A DNA stretch of 64,000 nt, from contig DUOW01000018.1 of the NCBI GenBank assembly GCA_012838635.1, forward strand, positions 22,764 through 86,763. Reading direction: 5' to 3'. Shown here in pieces: positions 28,505 to 38,315 of this stretch (the first letter of the stretch is position 1; every line of letters starts with the position of its first letter). The DNA comes from Acholeplasma sp. (GTDB taxonomy: Bacteria > Bacillota_I > Bacilli_A > ML615J-28 > CAG-698). A program made the translations under genes and the position numbers. The notes beneath the pieces were generated by a model. It worked only from the letters and a program-made list of their open reading frames with translations, searched no databases and was not told where the DNA came from.

Positions 28505-30370
28505 ATGGTTAAGTTTTATCAAAATGGAAAAGAGTTCTTTTTAGATAATAAAAGTTATATTTTAGAAGATGAATTTAAAAATCAATTACTATATAAAACT
28601 GCAATTAAAACTTCGGAAATTGAATTATCTAGTGATAACTATAATTTAAAACTAACACAAGATGATAAAGTTTTACTTGCAAGTAATATTATCAATCGTC
28701 CTTTAGTAGTTGTTGGGGATGTAGAGCTAGTTAAGGAACTTGTTTTAGTAATTAAAAAACATAAACTAAACTATCAAGGTATTAGTGCTAATTATGAGAT
28801 TGTAGCTGAATTTATTAAACATACAGAAGATAGGTTAGTATTTCATTCTTCGCTAGGGTTAATGGAATATTTAGAAAAGGTTAATTATAGTGATCATAAT
28901 GTTAAAGAAGTTACTAAAGATAAAGCTCAACTTGTCCCGATGTTTCGCTCATTTTTCTTAGAGTTAAATGAAGATCTTAAAAATAAAAATATTGAAGAGT
29001 TAGTTGAAGAAAAAACTTCATATGGTTACTATATTGATAAAGAGATAGTAAGTTTTATTACAATCGGCAATGTTTATCAAAGTTATATTGAAATTGGCTA
29101 TGCTTATACAAAACCAGAATGTCGTAATATGGGTTATATGCAAAGTTTATTAAAACATGTTATTACTTTAATTCAAAAGCAAGGTAAAACAGCTGTTTTA
29201 TTAGTTGATAATGATAACAAGGTTAGTAATCATACATATGCAAAATTAGGATTTAAAACTATATATACTATTGAAAGTTATCGAAAAATTGATTTAAAGA
29301 TTAATTATGATGATTCTTTAATTAATGTAAATCGGTCTTTAGCTAAATACTATAAAGGAAAACATCATTATCCTACAAATAAACTATTAGATGCTTATTT
29401 AGAAAAGGGATATGATAAAGTAGTGTTAATGCTACTTGATGGAATGGGTGTTAGTTTTATTAATGATACTTTAGATGCTAATGATTTCTTAAGAAAGAAT
29501 ATTAAAGATGTAATTTCATCTGTTTTTCCGCCAACTACTGTTAGTGCAACATCATCTTTACTTCAAGGTAAAACACCACTAGAACATGGCTGGCTTGGTT
29601 GGCATTTATATTTAAAAGCTAACGAGCCTTCAATTGTTTTGTTTATGTCTGATGATTTCTATGGTGATAAGAAACATGAAAATTATAAGACAGAAGATTA
29701 TTTAAGTTATCAATCAAATCTAACGAATTTAAATGTAAAGGAATATGAAATTTATCCTTCGTTTAGAGAAAATGGTTATCCAACATTTAAAGAAGGTTTA
29801 AAGCAATTACAAGATATTTTAGATAAAGATGAAAAATCGTATACATATTTTTATTGTGATGAGCCTGATGGCACAATGCATGAGTATGGTCCTAGTTCAA
29901 AAGAAGCCAAAGCTAAATTAAGAACAATGAATCAAGAACTAGAAGCTTTTGTGAAGAACTTAAAAGATGATACCCTTTTAATAATTGTAGCTGATCATGG
30001 CCAAGTTGATGTAGAGCCTATATATTTAAAAGAGTACCCTGAGCTACTAAAAACATTAGAGAAAATGCCTAGTGGTGAGCCAAGGGCACAAATCTTTCAT
30101 GTGAAAGATAAAGAAGAGTTTGAAAAGACTTTTAAGAAACATTTTTCTAAATACTATTCTTTACTTTCTAGAGAAGAAGCAATGAAATTATATGGCAAAG
30201 GAATCCCACATAAAACACTAAAGAATAGTTTAGGTGATTATCTAGCCGTTGCTACTCACAAATATATGTTTGTTTGTAAAGAGGGATTTTTGATGAAAGG
30301 TCATCATGCTGGCTTTACTGATAAAGAATTAAGTGTGCCTCTGATTATAGGAGTTAAAGATGAATTATAA
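28505..30370 (+). CDS. fusion protein: N-terminal GNAT-like acetyltransferase region plus C-terminal nucleotide pyrophosphatase/phosphodiesterase (alkaline-phosphatase superfamily) domain
   Basis: VVLMLLDGMG, FPPTTVSATSSLLQGKTPLEHGW, YCDEPDGTMHEYGP and IVADHGQ (NPP motifs). Upstream GNAT-like GYMQSLLKHVI...KLGFK. Confidence 0.65.
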   Translation: MVKFYQNGKEFFLDNKSYILEDEFKNQLLYKTAIKTSEIELSSDNYNLKLTQDDKVLLASNIINRPLVVVGDVELVKELVLVIKKHKLNYQGISANYEIVAEFIKHTEDRLVFHSSLGLMEYLEKVNYSDHNVKEVTKDKAQLVPMFRSFFLELNEDLKNKNIEELVEEKTSYGYYIDKEIVSFITIGNVYQSYIEIGYAYTKPECRNMGYMQSLLKHVITLIQKQGKTAVLLVDNDNKVSNHTYAKLGFKTIYTIESYRKIDLKINYDDSLINVNRSLAKYYKGKHHYPTNKLLDAYLEKGYDKVVLMLLDGMGVSFINDTLDANDFLRKNIKDVISSVFPPTTVSATSSLLQGKTPLEHGWLGWHLYLKANEPSIVLFMSDDFYGDKKHENYKTEDYLSYQSNLTNLNVKEYEIYPSFRENGYPTFKEGLKQLQDILDKDEKSYTYFYCDEPDGTMHEYGPSSKEAKAKLRTMNQELEAFVKNLKDDTLLIIVADHGQVDVEPIYLKEYPELLKTLEKMPSGEPRAQIFHVKDKEEFEKTFKKHFSKYYSLLSREEAMKLYGKGIPHKTLKNSLGDYLAVATHKYMFVCKEGFLMKGHHAGFTDKELSVPLIIGVKDEL

Positions 30371-30827
30371 AACTATGGGTTATAAAAGTTATAGTTATAT
30401 TGTTTTTTACGGAATTATTGAAGCTTTTTTAGTTTTCTTAATTGTAATGTTTTCGAAGATGCTTAATGAAAGTAAAGAGTATGTAGCTTTCTTAATTATT
30501 TCAGCTGTGTTATTTTTAGTAGCCCTAGCAATGTTTATTGCAACACTACTAGAACCAAAAGAGAAAATCCAAATTAACGAAAACTCGCTTAAATTGAATT
30601 ATCGAAATAAAGAAATAATCATTTCTTTTGAAGATTTTTTAGATGCTAATATTTATGGTAAATCAATTATCAATAAAGCAGGCAAATTGCGATTTCTTAC
30701 GAAAAAAGGAATCCATCATATGGAGAATGTGGCAGATGTTGATGTAGTAAAAAGTATGTTACTGCAAGCTGCTTATACATATAAGATAAAACTTATGGAA
30801 AAAAAGGAGGAAAATAATGGGAACTGA
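30360..30827 (+). CDS. membrane protein with bacterial PH-like domain
   Basis: Two TM helices followed by a soluble domain. Confidence 0.4.
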   Translation: MNYKTMGYKSYSYIVFYGIIEAFLVFLIVMFSKMLNESKEYVAFLIISAVLFLVALAMFIATLLEPKEKIQINENSLKLNYRNKEIIISFEDFLDANIYGKSIINKAGKLRFLTKKGIHHMENVADVDVVKSMLLQAAYTYKIKLMEKKEENNGN

Positions 30828-31932
30828 AACTATTTTATTAATTGTAGCTATTGTTTTATTAGTAGTTTTAATTGCTTTAGTATTAGTTGTTGCTTTAAAG
30901 AAAAAAGATCAAACAAGTGAAATTAATGAAGATGCTATTAAGTATTTACTAGCAACAGAAAATGCCAAGATTAAAGAAGATATTATTAAAATGATTATGG
31001 AATCTAGTAAAGAAAATCAAGGCGATTTAAATACTTTTAGAGAAAAAGTTATTGAGAAGTTAAATGAGAATTTAACTTCAATGAACGAAAAAGTAAATGC
31101 TAGTTTAGTTGAAGGTTTTAAAGACAATCAAAAAACATTTACTAATGTTACTGAGAGACTTGCAATAATTGATGAAGCTCAGAAGAAAATGGATAAATTA
31201 TCAAAAGATGTTTTGGATTTAAATAGTGTTCTTACAAATAAAAACACTAGGGGAAGATTAGGTGAATTACAACTAAACCAAATTTTAGAGACAGTATTTG
31301 GTGATAATAAAGTATTGTATGATACGCAAAAGAAACTAAGTACTGGTGATAAACCAGATGCAGTTGTGTTTGCACCTAAACCACTTAACACAATTGCAAT
31401 TGATTCTAAGTTTCCTTTAAATGCTTATGAGAATTTGATTGTAGATATTAAAGATAAGAAATTGCAATCAGCTTTTGTTAGTGCTGTAAAGAAACATATT
31501 GATGATATTAGTAGAAAGTATATTATCCATGGTGAAACTAGTGAATTTGCTTTAATGTTTATTCCTTCAGAAGCTATTTTCTCAGATATGATTAATCATT
31601 TTTATAGTGAGATTGTAGATTATGCTTATGAGAAAAATGTGTGGATTACATCTGGAACAACACTTGTTGCAATACTAACTTTAATTAATGTTACAGTTAC
31701 AAATATGAGACGAGATGAACAAGCTGAAGTAATTTTAGATGAATTAAAAGCATTAGCAATTGAGTTTGAAAGATATAGAAAACGTTGGGAAGAATTTAGA
31801 AAAACAATTGATAAAGTTGTAGATAACGCGAAAGATATTTCGGTTACTAGTGACAAAATCAGTAAGAGATTTGATGATATTCAAGCAGGTAAAATTGATC
31901 TTAAAGATAAGGAGATAGAAGATGAAAACTGA
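30817..31932 (+). CDS. rmuC: DNA recombination protein RmuC
   Basis: N-terminal TM, coiled coil, then GELQLNQILE...DAVVF...IDSKFPLNAYE nuclease-like core. Confidence 0.8.
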   Translation: MGTETILLIVAIVLLVVLIALVLVVALKKKDQTSEINEDAIKYLLATENAKIKEDIIKMIMESSKENQGDLNTFREKVIEKLNENLTSMNEKVNASLVEGFKDNQKTFTNVTERLAIIDEAQKKMDKLSKDVLDLNSVLTNKNTRGRLGELQLNQILETVFGDNKVLYDTQKKLSTGDKPDAVVFAPKPLNTIAIDSKFPLNAYENLIVDIKDKKLQSAFVSAVKKHIDDISRKYIIHGETSEFALMFIPSEAIFSDMINHFYSEIVDYAYEKNVWITSGTTLVAILTLINVTVTNMRRDEQAEVILDELKALAIEFERYRKRWEEFRKTIDKVVDNAKDISVTSDKISKRFDDIQAGKIDLKDKEIEDEN

Positions 31933-32326
31933 TCAAATTAAATTAGAATTCCAAAATGAAGCTAAAGGTAAAGTAATAGCACCAAGAGGTGAAATTAAAA
32001 TTGGTGATGGTGAAGGTGAATATGCCCCATACCATTTACTATATGGAGCTTTAGGAAGTTGTTATTATTACACATTTTTAGCTTTATGTAGAAAGCAAAA
32101 ACTAGAATTTGATAAAGTTAAGGTTACAATTGATGGTGAAAAACATGAATCAAGTGTTGCCTTATTAAAAGACGTAATTGTAGATGTAGAGATTTGGTCA
32201 AAAGATAATAAAGATAGAATTACGAAAGCTGCCGGTCAAGGAGCTAAATATTGTTCTATTTATAATACTGTTCAGTCTATTCCAGCTGAAGTTATTTTGA
32301 AAGTTAAGGTTCATGATGAGTATTAA
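31922..32326 (+). CDS. OsmC/Ohr-family peroxiredoxin-like protein
   Basis: GALGSC and AKYCS cysteine motifs. Confidence 0.75.
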   Translation: MKTDQIKLEFQNEAKGKVIAPRGEIKIGDGEGEYAPYHLLYGALGSCYYYTFLALCRKQKLEFDKVKVTIDGEKHESSVALLKDVIVDVEIWSKDNKDRITKAAGQGAKYCSIYNTVQSIPAEVILKVKVHDEY

Positions 32327-33554
32327 TTATCAGTTACAAGGAGGTTATTTTTCTTCCAAACAAAGTTTAAAATATTCCTTTTTTAAGGAACTATATGATT
32401 TCGTTTTAAGAAAATATCCTAAAACGAAATTAAAAGAAATTGATTTTGAAGAGTTTTTAAATTATCCACCGTATTTAATAGGAAGATATGCAGGACAGTA
32501 TTTCTTACAAGAAACTAAGTCAGGACATCCTGAAGAACAAAGTCCTAAATATTTTATTGGATATTGTGTAGAAAATCAGTTATTTATTGATTTGATTGAA
32601 GAGTTAATTGTTTTCTTTGCCTTGTGGCGTACAACTGAAGGATGTAAGGAAGAAAAGGCCGAACTGTTCTTTGCAAACTCTTGGGCTGCCTTAGTTGATA
32701 GTGCTAAATACTTTTATTTTCAAACAAAAGAAGAATTAGAAGCAAGTAGTGAAGCACCAGCAATTAAGAAGTCAGCAGAGATTTGGGATTATTTAAGTAA
32801 TATTCCTAAAGTTTATGAAGATCAATATAGGAAAAATAAAACTAAGGGAAAAGTAAGACCTTTTAAAAACAATGCTATTTTTTCTGGTTGGTTTTTAGAT
32901 GAGGCTTGTCAAGTTCCTTTTGATGGGAAAGTTAAAGAAGGTTTAGAGTTATATCCAAAGTGGACTTATTCCGTAACGCTTTGTTCTAATGATGGTTATA
33001 AATCATTTGAGGAAATCTATGATGATTTATTAAATGATTTCAATAAAGTTATGCAATTAAACCTAACAAAAGAAATTCATGAAACTGTAGAGCAAGGAAA
33101 GATTGTTGATTTAGTTTATCAAAGTGATGGCTGTTTTAATGAGTTTTTCCGTAATAAATTAATGTTTGATAAATGGCAATGGTTAATCAAATATTTGAAG
33201 TCAAATATTTTAAAAGATGAGATTGCTAGTTTATTAGATTATCAAGATGGCAAATTTGGTTCTGAATTGCAATTTAGATTTGAACTAAACTCTTTAATTT
33301 TAGGTCGCTTTAGTAAAGGAATGCCTAAAACAGTAGATTATTGTGGGAAAGGGATAAAAGAAAACTTAGTTTTAAAAACTAATAGTTTAGTTAGTAAATT
33401 ATATTATCAAAATGAAGTCTTATTACCTTTAGAGTTCAACAATAAGAAAATAAAATATTGGAGTAAAAATTCGGTAAATCTTGAAAAAATAGTGAAAATA
33501 GGTTATAATAATTCTAATGCAATTTTATATGCATTTTATGAGGAGGGGTTATGA
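32313..33554 (+). CDS. hypothetical cytoplasmic protein (413 aa)
   Basis: Long ORF translationally coupled to its neighbours. No recognisable motif. Confidence 0.5.
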   Translation: MMSINYQLQGGYFSSKQSLKYSFFKELYDFVLRKYPKTKLKEIDFEEFLNYPPYLIGRYAGQYFLQETKSGHPEEQSPKYFIGYCVENQLFIDLIEELIVFFALWRTTEGCKEEKAELFFANSWAALVDSAKYFYFQTKEELEASSEAPAIKKSAEIWDYLSNIPKVYEDQYRKNKTKGKVRPFKNNAIFSGWFLDEACQVPFDGKVKEGLELYPKWTYSVTLCSNDGYKSFEEIYDDLLNDFNKVMQLNLTKEIHETVEQGKIVDLVYQSDGCFNEFFRNKLMFDKWQWLIKYLKSNILKDEIASLLDYQDGKFGSELQFRFELNSLILGRFSKGMPKTVDYCGKGIKENLVLKTNSLVSKLYYQNEVLLPLEFNNKKIKYWSKNSVNLEKIVKIGYNNSNAILYAFYEEGL

Positions 33555-34783
33555 AAGATACATTATTAAAAGAGTATGCGAAATTGATTGTGAGAGTTGG
33601 AGCTAATGTCCAAAAAGATCAAATCGTTGTTTTAAATGCACCAGTAGAAGCCCATGCTTTTACAAAATTAGTTATTGAAGAAGCATATCAAGCTGGGGCG
33701 AAAAAAGTTATTGTAAGTTGGAATTATGGTGAAGATAATAAAATGTATTATCAATATGCAAGTGAAGAAACTTTAAAAGAATTTCCAGAATATAATGTAA
33801 AGAGATTAGAATATTTTATGGAAAACAAAGTTGCACAAATTTCAGTTGGTTCACCAAATCCAGATTTAATGAAAGGAATTGATCCGAAGAAATTTGTTAT
33901 TGCTAGTAAAGCTGCCAATGAAAAAGTTGGTTTTTACCGTCAATATATGATGAGTAATGGTTCACAATGGACAATTGGCATTGTTCCTAATTTAGAATGG
34001 GGTAAAAAAGTATTCCCTAATGTTCCATATTATGAAGTAATTGATAAATTATGGGATGTTATATTAGAGGCTTGCCGTGTTCGAGAAGGCGAAGATGTTG
34101 TAGAAAACTGGGCAAAACATCATAAACAATTAAAAGACCATCGTGAAAAACTAAATAAATATAATTTTAAATCATTACATTTTAAGAATAAACTTGGAAC
34201 TGATTTAGTTGTAGATTTAGTTGAAGGACATATTTGGGGTGGTGGATCAGAAGTTGCCCAAAATGGAGTTTCATTTTCACCTAATATTCCGACTGAAGAA
34301 ATCTTCACAATGCCACATAGTCATGGGGTAAATGGTAAAGTTGTAGCTACAATGCCTTTAAATTATCAAGGAGTATTAATTAAAGATTTTTACTTTGAAT
34401 TTAAAGATGGTAAAGTTGTAGACTATGGTGCTAAAGAAGGAAAAGAAGTATTAAAGACTTTAGTAGAACTTGATGAAGGTTCATCAAGATTAGGAGAAGT
34501 TGCTTTAATTTCTCACAATTCACCAATTTCTAATATGGGTATTTTATTCTATAACACTTTATTTGATGAGAACGCATCATGCCACTTAGCTTTAGGTAAT
34601 GCTTATACAATGAATATTAAAGACGGCTATACTTTAAGTGAAGAAGAATTAGTGAAAAAAGGTTATAATAAATCAATGACACATGTAGATTTTATGTTTG
34701 GTTCTAGCGATATGGAAATTGTTGGAACAACACAAGATGGCAAAAAAGTTAAAGTATTTACAAAAGGAAATTTTGCTTTTTAA
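33551..34783 (+). CDS. M29-family aminopeptidase (AmpS/PepS-like)
   Basis: N-terminus MKDTLLKEYAKLIVRVGANVQKDQ typical of M29. Confidence 0.8.
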   Translation: MKDTLLKEYAKLIVRVGANVQKDQIVVLNAPVEAHAFTKLVIEEAYQAGAKKVIVSWNYGEDNKMYYQYASEETLKEFPEYNVKRLEYFMENKVAQISVGSPNPDLMKGIDPKKFVIASKAANEKVGFYRQYMMSNGSQWTIGIVPNLEWGKKVFPNVPYYEVIDKLWDVILEACRVREGEDVVENWAKHHKQLKDHREKLNKYNFKSLHFKNKLGTDLVVDLVEGHIWGGGSEVAQNGVSFSPNIPTEEIFTMPHSHGVNGKVVATMPLNYQGVLIKDFYFEFKDGKVVDYGAKEGKEVLKTLVELDEGSSRLGEVALISHNSPISNMGILFYNTLFDENASCHLALGNAYTMNIKDGYTLSEEELVKKGYNKSMTHVDFMFGSSDMEIVGTTQDGKKVKVFTKGNFAF

Positions 34784-34786
34784 AGG

Positions 34787-35920
34787 ATGAAACTATTTAA
34801 CTTTGAAGACGGCTATGTTGGGGAAAATAAAGGTCTTTTAGATTTCTTTATTAAAACTTTAAATGGCATGGCTTATGGCCTTTTTGCTACACTACTTGTA
34901 GGGACAATTTTAACTACTTTTGCTACATACGTTCCTTTACCAGAAGAAGTAAAGACAATTATTTTAACTGTAGCTTCGGTTATTAAAGGGTTAATGGGAC
35001 TTGGTATCGGTATTGGCGTCAGTATGAGTTTAAAACTTAGTGGTCTAAAGCTAATTGTTGCTTCAATTGCTGGTGGGATTGCTGTTTTATTTCCTCAAGC
35101 TTATACTCCAAGTACAGCTAGTTGGTGGACAGATTTTTCAGGAACTTCTAGTGATCCTTTAGTAATTTATGTTGTAGTTATTGGAACAATTTTTGTTATG
35201 AATACAGTTCTTACAAAAAAGACACCAGTAGATATTATTATCGTTCCTATTCTTGGAGTATTAACTGCTGCGTGTTTTAGTTTAATTGTAACTAAACCAA
35301 TTATTACTTTGATCTCTTATATTGGCAAATTCATTATTCTTGCAACTGATGCAACACCCTTTATTATGGGATTAGTTATTTCGGTTGTTATGGGGATGGC
35401 TCTAACAGCACCAATTTCTTCAGCTGCCATTGCTATTTCTATTCATTTAGGAACTAATGCTATTAATGCTGGATTTAGTGAAGCTGATGCTTATATTTTA
35501 GGAATTGCAGGTGGTGCAGCTTTAGTTGGATGCTGTAGCAATATGCTTGGGTTTGCAGTTATGAGTAGAAAAGATAATAATATTGGAACAATTATCTCAG
35601 TTGCTATTGGTACAAGTATGCTTCAATTTAAAAACATTTTAAAAAAGCCAATCATTTGGCTTCCACCGATTATTGTTAGTGCGATTTTAGGACCGCTATC
35701 GACTATGGTATTTAAAATGACAACAACATCAATTGGTGCGGGAATGGGAACTTCTGGTTTAGTTGGTCAGATTGAAACGATAACTTCAATGGGAGTTAAT
35801 GCTAGAAGCATTTTATCAATTTTAATCTTACAAATTATCTTGCCAATTGTTTTAGTGTGGATTATTGATATAATCTTTAGAAAATATAACCTTATTAAAA
35901 AAGGTGATTTAAAAATTTAA
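34787..35920 (+). CDS. polytopic membrane permease (family uncertain, PTS-EIIC/KdgT-like)
   Basis: About 10 TM segments. Confidence 0.45.
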   Translation: MKLFNFEDGYVGENKGLLDFFIKTLNGMAYGLFATLLVGTILTTFATYVPLPEEVKTIILTVASVIKGLMGLGIGIGVSMSLKLSGLKLIVASIAGGIAVLFPQAYTPSTASWWTDFSGTSSDPLVIYVVVIGTIFVMNTVLTKKTPVDIIIVPILGVLTAACFSLIVTKPIITLISYIGKFIILATDATPFIMGLVISVVMGMALTAPISSAAIAISIHLGTNAINAGFSEADAYILGIAGGAALVGCCSNMLGFAVMSRKDNNIGTIISVAIGTSMLQFKNILKKPIIWLPPIIVSAILGPLSTMVFKMTTTSIGAGMGTSGLVGQIETITSMGVNARSILSILILQIILPIVLVWIIDIIFRKYNLIKKGDLKI

Positions 35921-35949
35921 TATTAAATAATTTTGGTTTTTGATGCAAA

Positions 35950-36095
35950 ATTAAAAGGGAATCTAGTTAGAATCTAGAACAGCCCCCGCTACTGTAGAAG
36001 TGGAGTACTTTATTACTTATGATCACTTAAAGGAAACTTTTGGGAAGATCTATAAAGTATGATGATGCTTTAAGTCAGGAGACCTGCCGAGATTA
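35950..36095 (+). ncRNA. cobalamin (B12) riboswitch aptamer
   Basis: GGGAA at 35957. CAGCCCCCGCTACTGT at 35980-35995. B12 box AAGTCAGGAGACCTGCC at 36072-36088. Confidence 0.85.
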
Positions 36096-36140
36096 TAAAT
36101 AAGAATTTCGGAGGGAAATTTGTTATTAGTTATAAAAACA

Positions 36141-36166
36141 AAACTACCCTTTTCGGGTAGTTTTTT
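36141..36166 (+). terminator. riboswitch expression-platform intrinsic terminator
   Basis: aaaCTACCC-ttttc-GGGTAGttt followed by T6, 20 nt before the RBS of the 36187 gene. Confidence 0.75.
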
Positions 36167-36186
36167 AATAAAGAAAGGAGATTAGT

Positions 36187-37785
36187 ATGAAAAGAGCACT
36201 TATTTTTATCTTGCTTTTATTTGGCTTTGCTTTTAGTATTAACTTAAAAGCTGAAAGTGAAGAGATAAACTATAGTTCTGTAAATGATTGGTTAGTTTTA
36301 AAATATTATAAACAAGACCAAGATTTTAATAAAATTTATTATCGCGCCCAAATAAAAGAATATTTAAAAACGTTAGAGACTGATAAAATGACTGAATATC
36401 ATCGCTTGATTTTTGCATCACTTGCTTGTAATTTAGATCCTAGAAATATAAGTATTGATAATCAAGAATACGATTTATTAAAAATAGGTGTTTTTGATAC
36501 TAAACAGGAAAATCTTTTAGAAAAACAAGGGCTAAATAGTTTAATCTTTAGTTTGTTAGCACTTGATAGTATGAGATTTCCAAATGATGAAATTGAAGAC
36601 TATTATACTAGAGAAGATATTATTCATGAGATCTTAAAGAAAGAATTAAAGGCAGGGGGATTTGCTTATATTGGGACAGTCCCAGATCCTGATATTACCT
36701 CAATGACTTTACTTGCTTTAAGTAAATATCAAAATGATTTAACTGAATATAGAGTCTATTCAAAAAGAGAAAATAGAATTATTAATGTAAGAGTAAAAGA
36801 TGTAATCAATACAGCTTTAGATACTTTAGGTAGTCTTCAAGGTGAAGATGGAGATTTTTCTTCCTTTGGTTCTTATAACTGCGAGAGTACTTCGCAAGTT
36901 CTTTTAGCACTATCAAGTTTAGGTGTTGATCCATTGCTTGATACAAGATTTATTAAAAATGGTAATACTGTTTTAGATGGATTAAATAAATATAAACTAG
37001 AAGAAGGTAAATATAAAAGAGGAGATAATTATTCAGAAATAGCTACAAGACAAGCTGAAGAAGCATTATTAAGTTATAATAAATATCTAAATTCTCAAAG
37101 AACTTATTATGATTTGCTTCCTGAATTTAGTGAAACTGAAAGAGCAAAAATTATTAATTTAAAAAGCAAGATTGATGCAATTAATAGCACTACTAATTTA
37201 GAAGCATTATATCAAGAATATCTATCAATTCCTTACCGCGACCGTTTCTATATTTATAACTATAATAAGTTAGAAGAAAAATTAGTGGAAAATGGCATTG
37301 TTTTAAATGAAGAAAAAGAATATCCAGAAGTAGTAATTAAGGCATTAGTAATAGATAATTATAATAGTGCTGCTATTGAGCAAGATTTAAATGAAATAAT
37401 GATTTCTAAATATAATAAGTATTTATATTATAAAGAACTTTACGATATTTTAAAGAAAGATGATAGTTTAATTATTGATGCTATTTCTTTAATTAAAGAT
37501 GAAGAAATTAAAGTTGCAAGATTAAATAAACAAATTAAGGATTTTCTTGATAAAACTGAAGAAGACGAAGAAGAAGCACTTTTAATTAAAGAAAGTTATG
37601 AGTCCTTAAAATATGGTGGTAAAGACTATATTACAGAAGATTATAACGAAGTTTTGAAAGTAATAGGAGAAGAAAAGAAAGATTTATCTTTCTATATTTA
37701 CTTAAGTTTGATTATTGCTTTTATTGGCCTAACAACTACATTAGTTTTTGTAATTATTAAACGTAGGAGGGCTAAAAGGCTATGA
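36187..37785 (+). CDS. surface-anchored prenyltransferase/terpene-cyclase-like alpha6/alpha6 toroid protein (transcobalamin alpha-domain-like), signal peptide plus C-terminal TM anchor
   Basis: PFTB-type repeats (QGEDGDFSSFGSYNCESTSQVLLALSSLG; GGFAYIGTVPDPDITSMTLLAL). C-terminus LSLIIAFIGLTTTLVFVIIKRRRAKRL. Confidence 0.65.
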   Translation: MKRALIFILLLFGFAFSINLKAESEEINYSSVNDWLVLKYYKQDQDFNKIYYRAQIKEYLKTLETDKMTEYHRLIFASLACNLDPRNISIDNQEYDLLKIGVFDTKQENLLEKQGLNSLIFSLLALDSMRFPNDEIEDYYTREDIIHEILKKELKAGGFAYIGTVPDPDITSMTLLALSKYQNDLTEYRVYSKRENRIINVRVKDVINTALDTLGSLQGEDGDFSSFGSYNCESTSQVLLALSSLGVDPLLDTRFIKNGNTVLDGLNKYKLEEGKYKRGDNYSEIATRQAEEALLSYNKYLNSQRTYYDLLPEFSETERAKIINLKSKIDAINSTTNLEALYQEYLSIPYRDRFYIYNYNKLEEKLVENGIVLNEEKEYPEVVIKALVIDNYNSAAIEQDLNEIMISKYNKYLYYKELYDILKKDDSLIIDAISLIKDEEIKVARLNKQIKDFLDKTEEDEEEALLIKESYESLKYGGKDYITEDYNEVLKVIGEEKKDLSFYIYLSLIIAFIGLTTTLVFVIIKRRRAKRL

Positions 37786-38315
37786 AACGAAGAGATTTAT
37801 TGTTATTTGCCTTTTTAGTTTTAGTTGTAGTTGGTTTAATTTTTGGAGTAAAGATTGAAAGTGTTGATGAATACTATTTAAGAAATACTGAGAATATTAC
37901 TGAAGATAGTGAAGTAGTTTATTTACAGATTGAATGTAAAGTATTAATAAATAAAACTGAAAATATTAAACAATCTTTACTTGATGAAGGTATTATTCCT
38001 GATGATGGGATTTTCTTAAAAGAGAAGACTTTAGTTTTAAGAAATAAAGACACGGTTATGTCAATTCTAAAAAGAGCTAGTAGATATTATCGGTTTAATT
38101 TAGAAGGTGAAGGACTTAATGGCAGTTATTATATTGAAGGAATATATGATTTGTATGAATTTGATTGTGGACCTTTAAGTGGATGGTTATTTTATGTAAA
38201 TGGGGAAAGATCGGGGCAATCATCAGATAAAGTTTATTTAGAAAATGGCGATAAAGTCGTTTTAAAGTATTCTTGCGATATGGGTAATGATCTTTTAGGA
38301 GATGTTCATGAATAA
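37782..38315 (+). CDS. DUF4430 (transcobalamin-like C-terminal beta-domain) protein, N-terminal membrane anchor
   Basis: Hallmark GPLSGWLFYVNGERSGQSSDKVYLENGDKVVLKY. ATGA overlap with the upstream gene. Confidence 0.75.
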   Translation: MKRRDLLLFAFLVLVVVGLIFGVKIESVDEYYLRNTENITEDSEVVYLQIECKVLINKTENIKQSLLDEGIIPDDGIFLKEKTLVLRNKDTVMSILKRASRYYRFNLEGEGLNGSYYIEGIYDLYEFDCGPLSGWLFYVNGERSGQSSDKVYLENGDKVVLKYSCDMGNDLLGDVHE

